A stretch of DNA of 64,000 bases from a virus (IMGVR_UViG_3300028797_000007:47500-111499), one strand, 5' to 3'. Shown: positions 1-11,993, numbered from the stretch's first letter. Translations and numbers: made by a program. Notes: generated from the sequence alone by a model not told the origin.

Positions 1-2818
1 CTGCAGTTTTCGCTATTTTATTACTTAATTTATCATAACGGTCTAATAAACTTTCAGCTGCCCTTATTCCTACATTTAAAGCTTCGAAACCTTCAGCTAA
101 ATCTCCTACAGCTTCATTACATTCCTCTAAAGCTTTTTTATTCTTACCAAATTCAGAAATCATAGATTTAACAAGAGCTGTTACTGCAGTTACTGCTAAA
201 GCTATTGCTTGTAATATAAGTCCTATAGGGGTTGCTTCTATAGCAGCATTAGCAGCCTGTATAGCGACAACTATGGCAGCTAGTGCAGCAGTTATACCAA
301 TAACCGCTTGACCCATACTATCATCTAAAGCATCAAAAGCTCCTACAATAGTAATTACTATTCCTACTACACCAGTAGCTAACTGAGCAGTAGCTTGAGC
401 TGATTCCATAGCTAATTTTTTCTCTTCTGCTGTAACCTGTCTTACTCCCTTAGCATATTGTTCATGAGCTTGCTCTGCTTGAGCTAATTCTATTTTATAT
501 TGTTCAAGTTGCGCCCTGCTTTCCGCTATAGCTGCAGTTAATTGTTGTTGTGTAGATACGTCTTCAGGTTTTGCTGCAGCCAATTTAGCTGTATTACTTG
601 CTATAGAATCTTCTGTAGCAGAAATTTTTGATTTTAAATCTTTAATTTTAGAAGCTTGCTTAGTCATTTTTAAATATTGACTATATGCTTTGATATTATC
701 TTTAAAAGCTAAAGTAGAACTTTTTAAAGTCTTTATACTATTCTTCCATTTATCAGTTTGAGCCATTAAAGCAGACCCTAAATTTGCTATCTTATCTTTT
801 AACTTAATAACTACAGCGGCCAAAGCTCCAACTACTAGAATTGCCCTAGCCCCATCGTCACTAAGAGTGTCCATAACTTTTGTTAAAGTATTTAAAATAC
901 CAATAAACATATCTGAATTAGTTAATGTCGCTAAGAATTTTTGCCAACTATTAACTAATTTTTGGATAGAAGCATCCAAACTATTCATAGCTTTGGCGTG
1001 CATTAATGTTTGCATTCCAGCACTGTCTTGAGATACTTTAGATAATTCTAGCGCTCTGTCCCAGTTTTGCATTAATGAAATAAAACGAGATTGTTGACGA
1101 GTACCAGCAATAACTGTTCCTAGGTATGCTTGGGTATTTCTATCTAATGAATTCCACTTAGGTCCCAATTCTTCTAATACTTCTTCCAAATCTCTTAATT
1201 GGTTATTATCATCTCTTAAAGCAATACCAACAGATTTTAATGCTTTTTCTACAGCGTTTACATCTGCATCTCCATCTTCACTAGTACCAGCTTCTTTTAT
1301 TTGTTGGAATCTAGCCATGATTGTTTTCATTGAAGTACCTATGTTTTCTGGGGCTTCACGTGTTACTTCTATCATTGTTGCTAAATACCCTAAATAATTA
1401 TCCATACTAATACCAGCTTGATTAGCTTGAGAAGCACCTTTTTCAAATGCTGTTGATAATTCATTAATACTAGCAGCTGATTTTGCAGCTACGGCATTAA
1501 ATTTATCGGCTACGTCTATAGCTCCTTCTACACCTACACGATATCCATTAACAGCTGCGGTTAACTTATCTGCAGCATCTGCAACGGTAATACCAGCTAC
1601 TTTGGCAAATTGGGCTGTAACTTCAGTCATTTCTAATACTTCTTCTTTTCCTAAACCTTGTTGGAAGAAAATAACCGATGCTTGAGCTATATCATCTATT
1701 GCCATACCAGTTTGTCTAGATAATCGAATAAAGTCACTTGTCAAATTTTGAGTTTGTTTTCTACTTAAATTAGATACTACAGAAATTTCAGTTAAGGCTT
1801 TATCTAAAGACTTATAGAAATTAAATGATGCTGTTGCTAATTGTTTTAACTCACGGACAACCCATCCCGCACTAAATACAACACCAAATTCCGCTAATAC
1901 TTCTTTAAAAGAACGTGAAGCATCTTCTAATGCTTTCATATTATTATCTTGCTCATTTAAACTTTCTTCTGCCGCAGTTTCCATAGCTTTGTATGCGCTT
2001 GTAATTTCTTTTAAAACTTCTAATAAAGAAGTGGCGTTTATAGTAGATTCTTTGAATTCATCTGGACCAATAACATTAGTTTGAACCTTTTGTATATTGG
2101 CATTAATTTCGCTCATCGCTGCTGCAATTTCTTCTTTAGTACCCTTCTGTAAACCAGCTTTACTTATTTTTTTACTTAATGCTGCATCTATCGCATCAAT
2201 TTGTTTTTGAAGTTGTGCCAATTGCTCTATCTTAGGAGCCATACTAGCTAACCAACTAACATCTCTGCTATTTAATTTATTGCCATCATTTTTTTGCTTA
2301 CTTAAACGTCCATAACGTTGAAGAGTATCTCCCAAATCATTACTACTAGTTCTTTTGCCCATAATACCAGAAACTTGTTGTAATACATTGGCTCTATTAT
2401 CTTTTAAAGCGCTGATATCATTAGCCGCTTTTTTTAGTCTATTTAATTCTCTAGTTAAATTAGCTAATCCCTCTATACCATCTTGATTTGCCTTAGAGCT
2501 AAAGCTATTACGCATACTAGTTTTAAAATTATTAATTTGTTGCTGTGTAGCTTTTAACTCAGATTCGAATCCTCCTAAAACTGATTTAATTTGTTTAGAA
2601 GAAGTACCTGGCTGAGATATGGTTTTTATCATGTCTTTGTAATTATTAATGAAAGTCTTTAATCCTTTTTCTAAATCATTAATATATGACATGCTTTTAG
2701 AGTTAGACCCACCAAAATCTAATTTTAATTTAGATAAATTAGACTGCATTTGTTTTACCAAAGAGTCTACATTTGATGTAAAATTAATATTATACGTTAT
2801 TTTTTTGTCTCCTCGCAT
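1..2818 (-). CDS. Tail tape measure protein (TP901-like core), runs off the window edge
   Basis: ATG at 2818 after an AGAGGTGA RBS, open to position 1. Translation includes LDKALTEISVVS...DKFNAVAAKSAASINELSTAFEK...ENIGTSMKTIMARF...GTRQQSRFISLMQNW. Confidence 0.9.
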   Translation of the reverse strand, partial: MRGDKKITYNINFTSNVDSLVKQMQSNLSKLKLDFGGSNSKSMSYINDLEKGLKTFINNYKDMIKTISQPGTSSKQIKSVLGGFESELKATQQQINNFKTSMRNSFSSKANQDGIEGLANLTRELNRLKKAANDISALKDNRANVLQQVSGIMGKRTSSNDLGDTLQRYGRLSKQKNDGNKLNSRDVSWLASMAPKIEQLAQLQKQIDAIDAALSKKISKAGLQKGTKEEIAAAMSEINANIQKVQTNVIGPDEFKESTINATSLLEVLKEITSAYKAMETAAEESLNEQDNNMKALEDASRSFKEVLAEFGVVFSAGWVVRELKQLATASFNFYKSLDKALTEISVVSNLSRKQTQNLTSDFIRLSRQTGMAIDDIAQASVIFFQQGLGKEEVLEMTEVTAQFAKVAGITVADAADKLTAAVNGYRVGVEGAIDVADKFNAVAAKSAASINELSTAFEKGASQANQAGISMDNYLGYLATMIEVTREAPENIGTSMKTIMARFQQIKEAGTSEDGDADVNAVEKALKSVGIALRDDNNQLRDLEEVLEELGPKWNSLDRNTQAYLGTVIAGTRQQSRFISLMQNWDRALELSKVSQDSAGMQTLMHAKAMNSLDASIQKLVNSWQKFLATLTNSDMFIGILNTLTKVMDTLSDDGARAILVVGALAAVVIKLKDKIANLGSALMAQTDKWKNSIKTLKSSTLAFKDNIKAYSQYLKMTKQASKIKDLKSKISATEDSIASNTAKLAAAKPEDVSTQQQLTAAIAESRAQLEQYKIELAQAEQAHEQYAKGVRQVTAEEKKLAMESAQATAQLATGVVGIVITIVGAFDALDDSMGQAVIGITAALAAIVVAIQAANAAIEATPIGLILQAIALAVTAVTALVKSMISEFGKNKKALEECNEAVGDLAEGFEALNVGIRAAESLLDRYDKLSNKIAKTA

Positions 2819-2855
2819 TCCCTATTCACCTCTCTCTTCAACAAAAAAAATCAGC

Positions 2856-3422
2856 CTAGGCTGATTTATCTTCTTTGTTATTATTGTTGTTATCTTTTAT
2901 AAACTTATTAACTAAATCTTGTAATTTATCATTTACCTCTGCTATTTGTTCTTGCTTAGCTTCTTCTGTAGCTGCAACTCTTTCTTTTGTAGCTGAATCT
3001 TTAAGAGCTGTTGCTGATAAAATTATATCTGATATTACATTAGTATCCATACTACCTAATTCTTTTAAAACTTTTTTAATAGCAAAAATAAATTTACCAG
3101 AAATTTCTATATCTCTTTCTTTATAATTATAGACATCTTCTACGATATCATATAAATATTCTTTATTATCTTTTAATAATTTATCTATAAAAGGTTCAAT
3201 AATATTCTTACTAAAATCTATACTAGACATTTCAGAGTTATTGTATAAATCTATAACATCTTCATTACAAGCATTAGATGCCACTGCTATCATCGCTATA
3301 GTTGTTATTCCTGCAGTTGTAAAATTTTCCTCTTCTCCTAATAAAGCAATTGTATCTAATACTATTTGATATTTTTGAGCATTAGAACTTAAATCATATC
3401 CTTCTTTTAATGTTAATTCCAT
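2856..3422 (-). CDS. Putative tail assembly chaperone
   Basis: 188-aa ORF directly upstream of the tape measure gene. Function is positional only. Confidence 0.45.
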   Translation of the reverse strand: MELTLKEGYDLSSNAQKYQIVLDTIALLGEEENFTTAGITTIAMIAVASNACNEDVIDLYNNSEMSSIDFSKNIIEPFIDKLLKDNKEYLYDIVEDVYNYKERDIEISGKFIFAIKKVLKELGSMDTNVISDIILSATALKDSATKERVAATEEAKQEQIAEVNDKLQDLVNKFIKDNNNNNKEDKSA

Positions 3423-3424
3423 AT

Positions 3425-4447
3425 CTATTTCCCTCCTTTGGTTTTATTGCCATATCACAGGCTATATTTATTTTCCCATAATCCTTGTATCAAACTAATC
3501 TTTTTACGCTCCCAACCTTTAGAACTTACTTCTTGTAAAAAAGCTCCATAGTCTTCAACTCCAGTAGATTCTAATTTAGTTGGCGTTAATATAGGATTAC
3601 TATAATTACGTAATTGCAATCACTTTTCTAGTCCATTCGTATCAGTAGTCTTCTCAGTAGTTTTCCTAATAAAATCACTAAATAACAAAATTTTTTCTCC
3701 GTCTTCTATAAAAGGGAAGAACTCTTTGTATTTATTTAATAAAAAATCATTACACTGTTGTTCCACAACCTCCTCAACAATATGAAAAACTATCTCTTTT
3801 TTATTTTTATCAACGCTAAACCAAATTGAATCTAAAATTGGTTTTATATATTGACTTTCTAACGTTCCTATTTTAAAAATTTCGATATAGTTCTTAACTT
3901 CTGAACGTACTTGTCTTCTGTTATTAACAGAAGGTAACTTAATTGCTATATCTAATTTTCCTTCAGAATAAGCACCTCTGTTAAATTCATGTGTATTAAT
4001 TGTTACAGAATCTGGGTCCAATTTTTTAGCTCAAGCATGTCTTCTAATTGTTACTAATAGTTCTTTCTTTAAACCCTCAATCTGATTAGGAGAAAGTACT
4101 TTTTTATTATTAGAAAATTGCCCTGTGCTTAATGTTTCAATTAAGGATTGTATACCCAAATCCTCCATTATTTCTAAACCATATCCTTTTTTATAAATTA
4201 CATCTTTCAAAGAATTAGTTAAATCTTGCCAATCTATGTCATCAGGCTCCAATTGGTATCCTTGAAGCGAAAGCATTTGCCTTAACTCTTCCTTCCAATT
4301 TTCATTATTTTGAGTAATCTTAGTTTTAGGTAATTTATTTAACTCTCTTAATTCATGATATATATCTTTTTCATGTTGTTCTACTCTAGGCAAAATGGTA
4401 GTTAAAATATATGGTGCATATTCATGAACAATTTCATATCCATTCAT
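3425..4447 (-). CDS. Hypothetical tail-region protein (340 aa with TGA=Trp)
   Basis: ORFs 4031-4447 and 3620-4021 are in frame. TGAs at 4031, 3620 and 3455. TAG at 3425 abuts the next start. Confidence 0.75.
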
Positions 4448-4743
4448 TAATCAACCACCACCTTAATTACATAATCTTCTGGACGAATCTGCATTTTTTT
4501 TAATTGGTAATAATTAAAATATCTTTTATCTCCTACTGGTTGATATTGACCTGGTCGTTTACCATTCATATATTCTTCAGATTTTTTAACAGATTTAACG
4601 TTTATCGCCTCTTCATAATAATTCATTGGATTGGCTCCATACGGTAATTCATATTCATATAATATACCATTGGCCCCCAATCTTCTAACACTTAATGTTC
4701 TATCTATTTTAGCATTTCAATCATTTATAGTTCATTTACCCAT
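4447..4743 (-). CDS. Hypothetical protein (98 aa with TGA=Trp)
   Basis: ATG GGT AAA TGA ACT ATA AAT GAT TGA AAT... is in frame with the listed ORF 4447-4680. Confidence 0.7.
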
Positions 4744-4744
4744 A

Positions 4745-5578
4745 TTAAATCACCACTATGGTTGCTATATCTTTATTTAATTCTTCACCCGTAGCTATAG
4801 ATTTTACACGTATAGGTGTAAATGATGCTTTACTACTATCATTAATTGATAATACCATGTCAGTATCAATCTGAACTTTATCACAATGAATATAAACCGT
4901 ATGTTTATCATCATTTTTTAAATCTACAGCATCTATGTAAATATCCATAGCAGCAAATATATTATTATGAACTTGCTTTACTTTTGTAATAGAAGAAGCC
5001 TCTATTAAATAATTATAAGTAACAAAATATTTGTCACCTTCTTTAGCATTAAAAACATGTAAGAACCATTGTCTTGGTTCATTATCAGAAACACATAATT
5101 CATATTCATCTACATTTAATAAAGTGTTTTCATTATCCTCAACTTTATAAACATAAAACTTATCATTACCTGGAGATAATTCAGGTTTGGCTGTAAGTTT
5201 AGAATATCCTTGTTTATCAGTTTCTAAATACTCATTTCCTCTTATTTTAGTATTTCCTGGCTCCTCATCATTTAACCCGTATATATAACTTCATAAAGCA
5301 TATAATACAGAGCCTTCATTAATTATAAAATCTATATGATTTGTTATCCCAGCCGTGCCAATATGACCTTGAGCATCTTGTGCTGTTACAGGTTTAGAAA
5401 CAAATGATAAATTAGATAACGCTGGATTGTTTATAATCATTATAGGCTCTCCAACCTCAAAATCACCATACTCTATACCTTTTTCTTGAGGATTAACTCT
5501 ATTTTGTCTTATAACAGCCCCCTCAGGTTTACTTAAAATAATTTGAGAAACTTCTTGCATTCTTAATTGTTCTAACAT
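4745..5578 (-). CDS. Tail-tube-related structural protein (277 aa with TGA=Trp)
   Basis: A single TGA at 5291 joins 5291-5578 to an open frame ending at TAA 4745. Confidence 0.7.
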
Positions 5579-5731
5579 ATCATCGTCCCTCCTCTAAAAT
5601 TATAGTAGTAGAAAAGTTCCTTTTCTTCACTTTCCATTCTACTAACACTATATTATCATAAAATAGTACTTTTGTCAAGTAAAAATTGCAAAAAAAATAA
5701 GAGAGAAGATTTCTCTTCTCTCTAGTTATTA

Positions 5732-6706
5732 TTACATACTAGCTGGGTCAACTGGGTCGTAGTTTTCATCTAATGGATAAACTTTTCCAGTGTCAGTTAA
5801 ATGTCCATCAACAGAGTCAACTGTAACTTCTTTAGCTGGTACACGTTTAAATGAACCATCATATTGTCCGTAAGTTTCGTCTCCAGATTTTCCTTCTTGA
5901 CGTAATTGTCTGAATTTAATCATTTGTCCTTCGTCATCTCTTAAAGCTTTTCCTTTGAATGAGAATACTACAGCTTCTGTAGCAGCATTTAAGTTAAATG
6001 AGAATGAACTGTCAAGTTTTAATTTAGGAATTTCAATTTGGAAGATGTCATTTAATCCAGTATATTGGTTAAATAATAATGTATCACCAATAAATTTGTA
6101 TGTTCCAGCAAATTTATCAGCTAAAACTGTGATTTCAGTTAATTCTTCAGTTTTTGTTGGGAATCCCATTTCATATTCATAGAATACTCTGAAAGTAGCA
6201 TCTCCAACGATGCTGTCTTCTTTGTAGTTATGGAAATCACTAAATGAAATAGTATCAGTTTCTTCTTCTAGAGCATTTTCAGTTCTAGTAGCAGTTGATA
6301 AAATACCATTTATCATTTCAGCAATATAAACATAAGAACCTTTACGAGCTTTTCTACCTAATACGATAGTTTGTGCACCATCAGCTACGTGTACTAATTC
6401 ACTTTCCATCATAACGATTTTTTCTTCATTAGTACCTTCTCTTAATTCACCACCAGTTAATACTGCTAATGAACTCATAGTCATAATAGCGTCATCAAAT
6501 TGAACATTGATAGCTTTAGAGTGAGATACAGAAGCTAATGTTGGGTTACCTTTACCACCTTGGATATCAGTAACTTCAGCAGTACCTTCAAGAGTAGTAA
6601 CTTTTAATGTATCGAAATACATTACTGGATATTTAGTAACTAAATCGTATAATGTAACATCACAAACAGTAACTGAAGCATATTTTCTTCCTTGAATATC
6701 TAACAT
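5732..6706 (-). CDS. Major tail protein
   Basis: 324 aa, GGAGG RBS, high-expression codon bias, GGKGNPTL motif. Terminator hairpin at ~5700-5722. Confidence 0.7.
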   Translation of the reverse strand: MLDIQGRKYASVTVCDVTLYDLVTKYPVMYFDTLKVTTLEGTAEVTDIQGGKGNPTLASVSHSKAINVQFDDAIMTMSSLAVLTGGELREGTNEEKIVMMESELVHVADGAQTIVLGRKARKGSYVYIAEMINGILSTATRTENALEEETDTISFSDFHNYKEDSIVGDATFRVFYEYEMGFPTKTEELTEITVLADKFAGTYKFIGDTLLFNQYTGLNDIFQIEIPKLKLDSSFSFNLNAATEAVVFSFKGKALRDDEGQMIKFRQLRQEGKSGDETYGQYDGSFKRVPAKEVTVDSVDGHLTDTGKVYPLDENYDPVDPASM

Positions 6707-6729
6707 CTTATATACCTCCTAAGTTATTG

Positions 6730-7461
6730 TTAATCTAGCCAAAATTTATTAGTATCTTGGCCATCTTCAGAACTTATGTATGGACTTAATTGAGTCCTTA
6801 ATTCAAAAGATTGAATATCTACATATTTCTGTAGGAGCATATTAAATTGTAGCATGGTCATATTATACACTTGCTCAAATGTATAGCCTCCGACAGCAAC
6901 CAAGCCTAGAATCTTATTACCTAAATAATCTTCAGGTTTTTTATTAGGATTCTTTGTTTCTTCTATTTTCTGCTCGCTCATTTTCATCTTGCGAATCATT
7001 TCGCGCTCGCGCTCAGACATATGTTCATTTTCATGATATTGTCCGCCTTCTTCTGAAGCACTTGAATCAGGCAATGAACGTTCACATATCTCTTTCATAA
7101 GAAAATAGAAAGTATTGTCTAGAATTATTCCAGACTCCCTCTCCCCTATATATATAGTGCCACTAACATCAAAAAACTCTACTTTTGACTTTAAAAAAGT
7201 TTCACATGATAATTTTAATTGTTTTTTTAATATAGGACTTGACATAATATAAAGTTTTCATACTTCATAATCATCTAAGGTCTTACTCATATCTGTTTCT
7301 TGATTAATTATATCGCTTCTTTTTAGAAGTCATAAATTAATCAATGCCCAATATGTGTATTCCCCCATATCCACAATTTCTTGCAATGTGGGTTGATAAT
7401 AATATATATCTTGTGTAATTAGTATTGGTTTACCACTTAAAACTTTTGCTAAACTAATCAT
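6730..7461 (-). CDS. Hypothetical virion/tail protein (243 aa with TGA=Trp)
   Basis: ATG at 7461 overlaps the end of the previous gene. Two in-frame TGAs precede the listed ORF 6730-7245. Confidence 0.7.
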
Positions 7462-7951
7462 CTATTACAGCTTCATATATCATTCTATATCCTAGTAAAA
7501 TGTCTGATAATTGAGCATTTACTATACTAACACAACGATATTTTACTCCTCCAGTTTGAGTTAATTCATATTTCATTAAATTACTAATTACATGAGCTAT
7601 ATTTAAAGGTCTAATACCTTCATTTATAATCCATTGATTTCCTGGAGTAAAAATATCTATTGCTATACTTGGATGAAGGGTATCTGTTTTTGCAGATTCC
7701 TCAGCTGATATCAAAGATATAACAACTATACTTCCTTCATCTTCATCAAAAGGTAGAAGAGGCACTCTTGATATTTGAGTATCTCTTAAATCTTTTGTAA
7801 CGTCTTCTTTTCTTTCTAAAGGTTTTTTATCAGTATATACCAATAATTTCTTTAATTCTTGGCAATTATTAAATACTGTAATCATACGATAGATATCATT
7901 ATTGACATCTAAGAAGCTATCTGTTTCCATGACGTTCTTATTTAATATCAT
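7454..7951 (-). CDS. Putative tail completion/terminator protein
   Basis: 165 aa, located between head-tail genes and the major tail gene. Confidence 0.5.
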   Translation of the reverse strand: MILNKNVMETDSFLDVNNDIYRMITVFNNCQELKKLLVYTDKKPLERKEDVTKDLRDTQISRVPLLPFDEDEGSIVVISLISAEESAKTDTLHPSIAIDIFTPGNQWIINEGIRPLNIAHVISNLMKYELTQTGGVKYRCVSIVNAQLSDILLGYRMIYEAVIDD

Positions 7952-7960
7952 AAGTACCTC

Positions 7961-9166
7961 CTATACTGTTCTTATATAAACTGTCTTTTCAATTATTCCT
8001 TGAGGAGTTTCTGCCGTAATAACAAAAGTACCCGAATACTTATCTTTAATACTAATAGTAACATTAGTATCTGTAATATCGATAGTTTTTCTTATCTTAG
8101 AGAATGTCTCTACACCAAATACGGCTGCACTTCCATCTGATAATTGATAAGTTTGTGATGTATTCCATTCAATATAATCATCACCAGTTATATATAATTT
8201 AATTTCTTGTTGAGTATGTTCTCCTGATACTTCTATAGGAATATTTATAAAAATTGTTTCATTACGAGCTAGGGCAACTGTTATAATAGCAGTTCCTAAT
8301 CCTCTACCTATCAATCTTCCTCCATCTACTTGGATTATATTTTCATCAGAAGATGATAAAATTACGTCTTCTTCTACTTCTATTCCATCTTTTAATACTA
8401 ATACAGGTAATTCCATAACATCTCCTGCATATAGTTTTGTATCATCAGTTAATTTATTCTTAATTACATATTCATATACATCATCATATGCTATTCCATT
8501 TACTATATCATCAGTATCTAATAATTTATCATCAACAAATGATAAAATAGATACATTATCAATAGAAACATTATCCACATTTGTAACTCTATAAGCTTGT
8601 CCATTTATAATGAATCTCATTTCTGGATGTAACTCTAAATTTTGTTGAGTAGCAGCCATCATATTCCAATCAGTATCATGTAAAATAATGTTATCAAATT
8701 TTCTATTTACATCAGGAGTGACTCCTAAAGCATTTGTAATACGACCAGAACGGATATAAGCTGGTTGAATATGTAATTCTCTTGTATCTTTATCTATCCA
8801 TTTTAAATAACCTGTACAACGGTAAGCGATTCCATTGAAGCCAGGTTGGTCAGGACGAAACATCTTTTTAAGTAATATCCAATCGTTATCGTCCCATTTG
8901 AATAATACTCCTTTCTCTAAACCAACTTCTAACGGAGCAATAACATTTGCTGCTTCATATTCTTGAGTTGTTTTAGTAGAAAGAATTGCCACTTCGTGGT
9001 CTTTATAAGTTTTATCATTTTTATTATAAACAGAAATGGTAAAACCATATTGGCTATCTTCTATTAATGAACTAATACTTTCTTTTACTTTAGTTTTAAC
9101 GTATTCTCTCTTAGTGTTCCCTTTAAAATGAACTCTATCCTTGTATTCCTCGTAAAGAGTCAACAT
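7961..9166 (-). CDS. Head-tail joining/neck protein with C-terminal Ig-like domain
   Basis: 401 aa. SSSDENIIQVDG..GLGTAIITV resembles a Big_2 domain. Confidence 0.55.
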   Translation of the reverse strand: MLTLYEEYKDRVHFKGNTKREYVKTKVKESISSLIEDSQYGFTISVYNKNDKTYKDHEVAILSTKTTQEYEAANVIAPLEVGLEKGVLFKWDDNDWILLKKMFRPDQPGFNGIAYRCTGYLKWIDKDTRELHIQPAYIRSGRITNALGVTPDVNRKFDNIILHDTDWNMMAATQQNLELHPEMRFIINGQAYRVTNVDNVSIDNVSILSFVDDKLLDTDDIVNGIAYDDVYEYVIKNKLTDDTKLYAGDVMELPVLVLKDGIEVEEDVILSSSDENIIQVDGGRLIGRGLGTAIITVALARNETIFINIPIEVSGEHTQQEIKLYITGDDYIEWNTSQTYQLSDGSAAVFGVETFSKIRKTIDITDTNVTISIKDKYSGTFVITAETPQGIIEKTVYIRTV

Positions 9167-9395
9167 AATTAATTACCTCAAATATAGTTTGTCTAAAATT
9201 AGTGTAATCTATATATTTTAAAGTTATAATCTTTAAAACTATAGTTCCTTTTACGTCTTCAGGCATAAAAGTATTAAAAGTAATTTCGCTTAATAATTCA
9301 TCATATATAGTATGCCAATGTTTGCCTTCTTCTCTCCAACATAACATTTTATATAGGCTTGAAATGATATGTTTATAGATAACACTTGTATCCAT
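9135..9395 (-). CDS. Hypothetical protein
   Basis: 86 aa with RBS, inside the operon. Confidence 0.7.
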   Translation of the reverse strand: MDTSVIYKHIISSLYKMLCWREEGKHWHTIYDELLSEITFNTFMPEDVKGTIVLKIITLKYIDYTNFRQTIFEVINYVDSLRGIQG

Positions 9396-9413
9396 ATGCT
9401 TCCCTCCTAATTA

Positions 9414-9944
9414 TTAGTCTCTGTTATTTGGAATAGGGTCATTATCGTCCCCATTATGAATTGTTGGTCCTGGTTGATAATCCTGATTATTAGGATATTT
9501 TTCTAGACCACCAAAATTTCCAACAATACTTACTCTTTTATAAGTATATTCATGTAATGCTTTACGCATATCAGCTAAGTATTGTTGATATAAAACTGTT
9601 AAATTTCTCAAATTTTCATTTGGTGAATAAGTTTTAATACCCGCATCATAATATTGTTGTTCAATTTTTCTACTACTGTTTATATAACGTTCTAACCATA
9701 CAGGTTTCATACAAATGGCTAAAACCTCTATCTCATCATCAGTTAAAGTCTCGTAAAATACATGTGCTCTTTCATCTCTCTTTCTTAAATTATGTTCTGA
9801 AATACGAGCAAAAGAATTAATAGCACTTAATAAAACAGGATAAAGTGCTATGTGCAATTTATCCTCGTCTAATGATGCCAAATACTCGTCTTCTATTTTA
9901 GCTAGAAAACGCATATATACATCATAATATTCTGTTATTTTCAT
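9414..9944 (-). CDS. Putative head-tail adaptor
   Basis: 176 aa, downstream of the capsid gene. Confidence 0.5.
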   Translation of the reverse strand: MKITEYYDVYMRFLAKIEDEYLASLDEDKLHIALYPVLLSAINSFARISEHNLRKRDERAHVFYETLTDDEIEVLAICMKPVWLERYINSSRKIEQQYYDAGIKTYSPNENLRNLTVLYQQYLADMRKALHEYTYKRVSIVGNFGGLEKYPNNQDYQPGPTIHNGDDNDPIPNNRD

Positions 9945-10360
9945 TATTTTGTTTTCTTAGATGATGTTTTCTTTGTAGTAGTTGTTTTTTTAGTTGCAGT
10001 CTTTGCGGCAGGAGCTACAGCCTTAGGTTCTTCAATAGTGATAATTTCTTCTTCTTCAGGTTCTTCTTCAATTTCTTCTGTTATTACAACAGCTGAGTAA
10101 TCTTCTCCTAAAAATTTAGCGATTTCTTCTTCAGTTAAACCCATTTCATATAGTTTATTTGCATCTATATTACTAATTCTAATCATTCCTTCATTAAAAA
10201 TAATTTTGCTAGCAGGATAATCTAAAATATCTTGTAAACTTGTCTCACTAATTCTAATTCTTCCCCCAAGACCAAAACGATAAGTTCTGTTTTGTGTGTC
10301 TTTTAAACCTACAGGTTGTCCTGAAATGTTTTCTAAAACAACTGTTCTCTCATTATTCAT
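9944..10360 (-). CDS. Hypothetical protein, acidic then Lys/Thr-rich tail
   Basis: 138 aa with GGAGG RBS. Confidence 0.7.
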   Translation of the reverse strand: MNNERTVVLENISGQPVGLKDTQNRTYRFGLGGRIRISETSLQDILDYPASKIIFNEGMIRISNIDANKLYEMGLTEEEIAKFLGEDYSAVVITEEIEEEPEEEEIITIEEPKAVAPAAKTATKKTTTTKKTSSKKTK

Positions 10361-10445
10361 TTGTCATTCCTCCTAAAAAATTGTAAAAAAATTAAAGAGA
10401 AGGGACTTTCGGAAAAGTCCGTTCTCGTTTTATTACTAAGAAATA

Positions 10446-11471
10446 TTACATAGATGGATTGTCATCTAATTCAGTATTTCTGTAGATACCCCAGTAGTTA
10501 TTAGCTACTACTGCTACGTCAAACATATGTTGAGCAGATACTTCGATAGAACCATCTTGTAATCTTTGTTCATCGATTAAAGTTCCACCTTCAATACCAA
10601 TCTTAACTGGTTTTTCTTTACCAGCTGGCATAATATATGCATATTGGTCATCAATAGCTTTGATAGTATTACCTTCATCTTCAAAAGATTGAGTTAATAA
10701 TACTACGTTAGTTCCTTTATAACGTCCAACATATCCTTGTTCTCTAACATCATCATAATCTCTTAATGATGTAACAGGATTAGCATCTCCAACCCATCCT
10801 GGTTGATTGAATAAGTATGAAGCGAATGCTTTAGTACAATAAATTGTAACACTGTCTCCATAAGCTTCTACAGTAGTGATAATTTTGTCGAATTCTTTTG
10901 CGTCAAATCCAGCAACTACAGCTTTGTTAGCAGCAGGTCTGTCTTCAGCGTTGATAGCAGCTTTTAAAGCTCCTTGAACTGTTTTATAGATACTGTCTGA
11001 TAATCCTTCGATTATGATATCCATTAATTCAGCCATATCAACACGTCCAGCTAAGAAATCTCCTAATTCTAAGATAGCTGCACCAGCGTATACTCTAGGA
11101 CTCATAGTGATGTCTCTAGTATCTACGTTGAATGTACGGTAAGTTCCGTATTCTCCAGCAACAGTAACGAATCTTTTACCACGTGTAACACCTGTTCTTT
11201 GTTTGAAAACTATTTTTTCTCCAACATTTACATGTTGTACTTCAGCGAATGAACCAAATTGAGCGATTACTTTTTTAGGAACAACAACGTTAGCGATTTC
11301 TTCGATTAATTGGAATAAAATATTTTTGTTAGCTCTATAATAACTATAGTTATTGAAAGCTTTTAATTCTTCTCTTAAAGTTTCGTTAACGTCAGCTAGA
11401 CTGTATTCTGCTGGAATGTTTTCTTTAGTAGCAGCAGCTACACCTAATTCAACTAATTTTTCTAATTCCAT
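10446..11471 (-). CDS. Major capsid protein
   Basis: 341 aa, strongest codon bias, follows the protease/scaffold and decoration genes. Terminator at ~10395-10430. Confidence 0.85.
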   Translation of the reverse strand: MELEKLVELGVAAATKENIPAEYSLADVNETLREELKAFNNYSYYRANKNILFQLIEEIANVVVPKKVIAQFGSFAEVQHVNVGEKIVFKQRTGVTRGKRFVTVAGEYGTYRTFNVDTRDITMSPRVYAGAAILELGDFLAGRVDMAELMDIIIEGLSDSIYKTVQGALKAAINAEDRPAANKAVVAGFDAKEFDKIITTVEAYGDSVTIYCTKAFASYLFNQPGWVGDANPVTSLRDYDDVREQGYVGRYKGTNVVLLTQSFEDEGNTIKAIDDQYAYIMPAGKEKPVKIGIEGGTLIDEQRLQDGSIEVSAQHMFDVAVVANNYWGIYRNTELDDNPSM

Positions 11472-11489
11472 AGTCTTGTCCCTCCTTTA

Positions 11490-11993
11490 TTATGCGATAA
11501 CTCTATAAGTAGCACCGATTGTACCAGCTGGTACTGTTTCTAATGCACTACTTTCTATAACCATGATTTTATGAGAACCGAAAGTGAAAGTTGTTCCTTT
11601 AGCTAATTTGCTAGTGATAATTCCTTTTCCAGCGTTAAAATCAAAGTTAGTAGTAAAGATATCTCCTATTGTTAATTTGTATAATCTTGGTAAATAAGCT
11701 TCACCAAAAATTTCGTAATCGTCGTTTACTTGGTAAATAAAGTTTTCCATTCCACTTTTTCCATCTTCGTATCTACGAGGATTAGAGAAATGTAAGTACA
11801 TAGCGTCAACACATTTATTAGCTGTATATGATTTAACAATTGTATTGTCTTCAGCATTTATGAAAACGATTGCACCATTTTCTAATGAGTATCCGTCAGC
11901 AGCGAATGCTTCTCCTAATTTGCATTGAGCTTCGATTTCACCAGTTTTTCTACTAGCTACTTTGTTTAACTCAGCAACTGCGTATTTTGCCAT
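11490..11993 (-). CDS. Putative capsid decoration/minor head protein
   Basis: 167 aa between scaffold and major capsid gene, high-expression codons. Confidence 0.55.
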   Translation of the reverse strand: MAKYAVAELNKVASRKTGEIEAQCKLGEAFAADGYSLENGAIVFINAEDNTIVKSYTANKCVDAMYLHFSNPRRYEDGKSGMENFIYQVNDDYEIFGEAYLPRLYKLTIGDIFTTNFDFNAGKGIITSKLAKGTTFTFGSHKIMVIESSALETVPAGTIGATYRVIA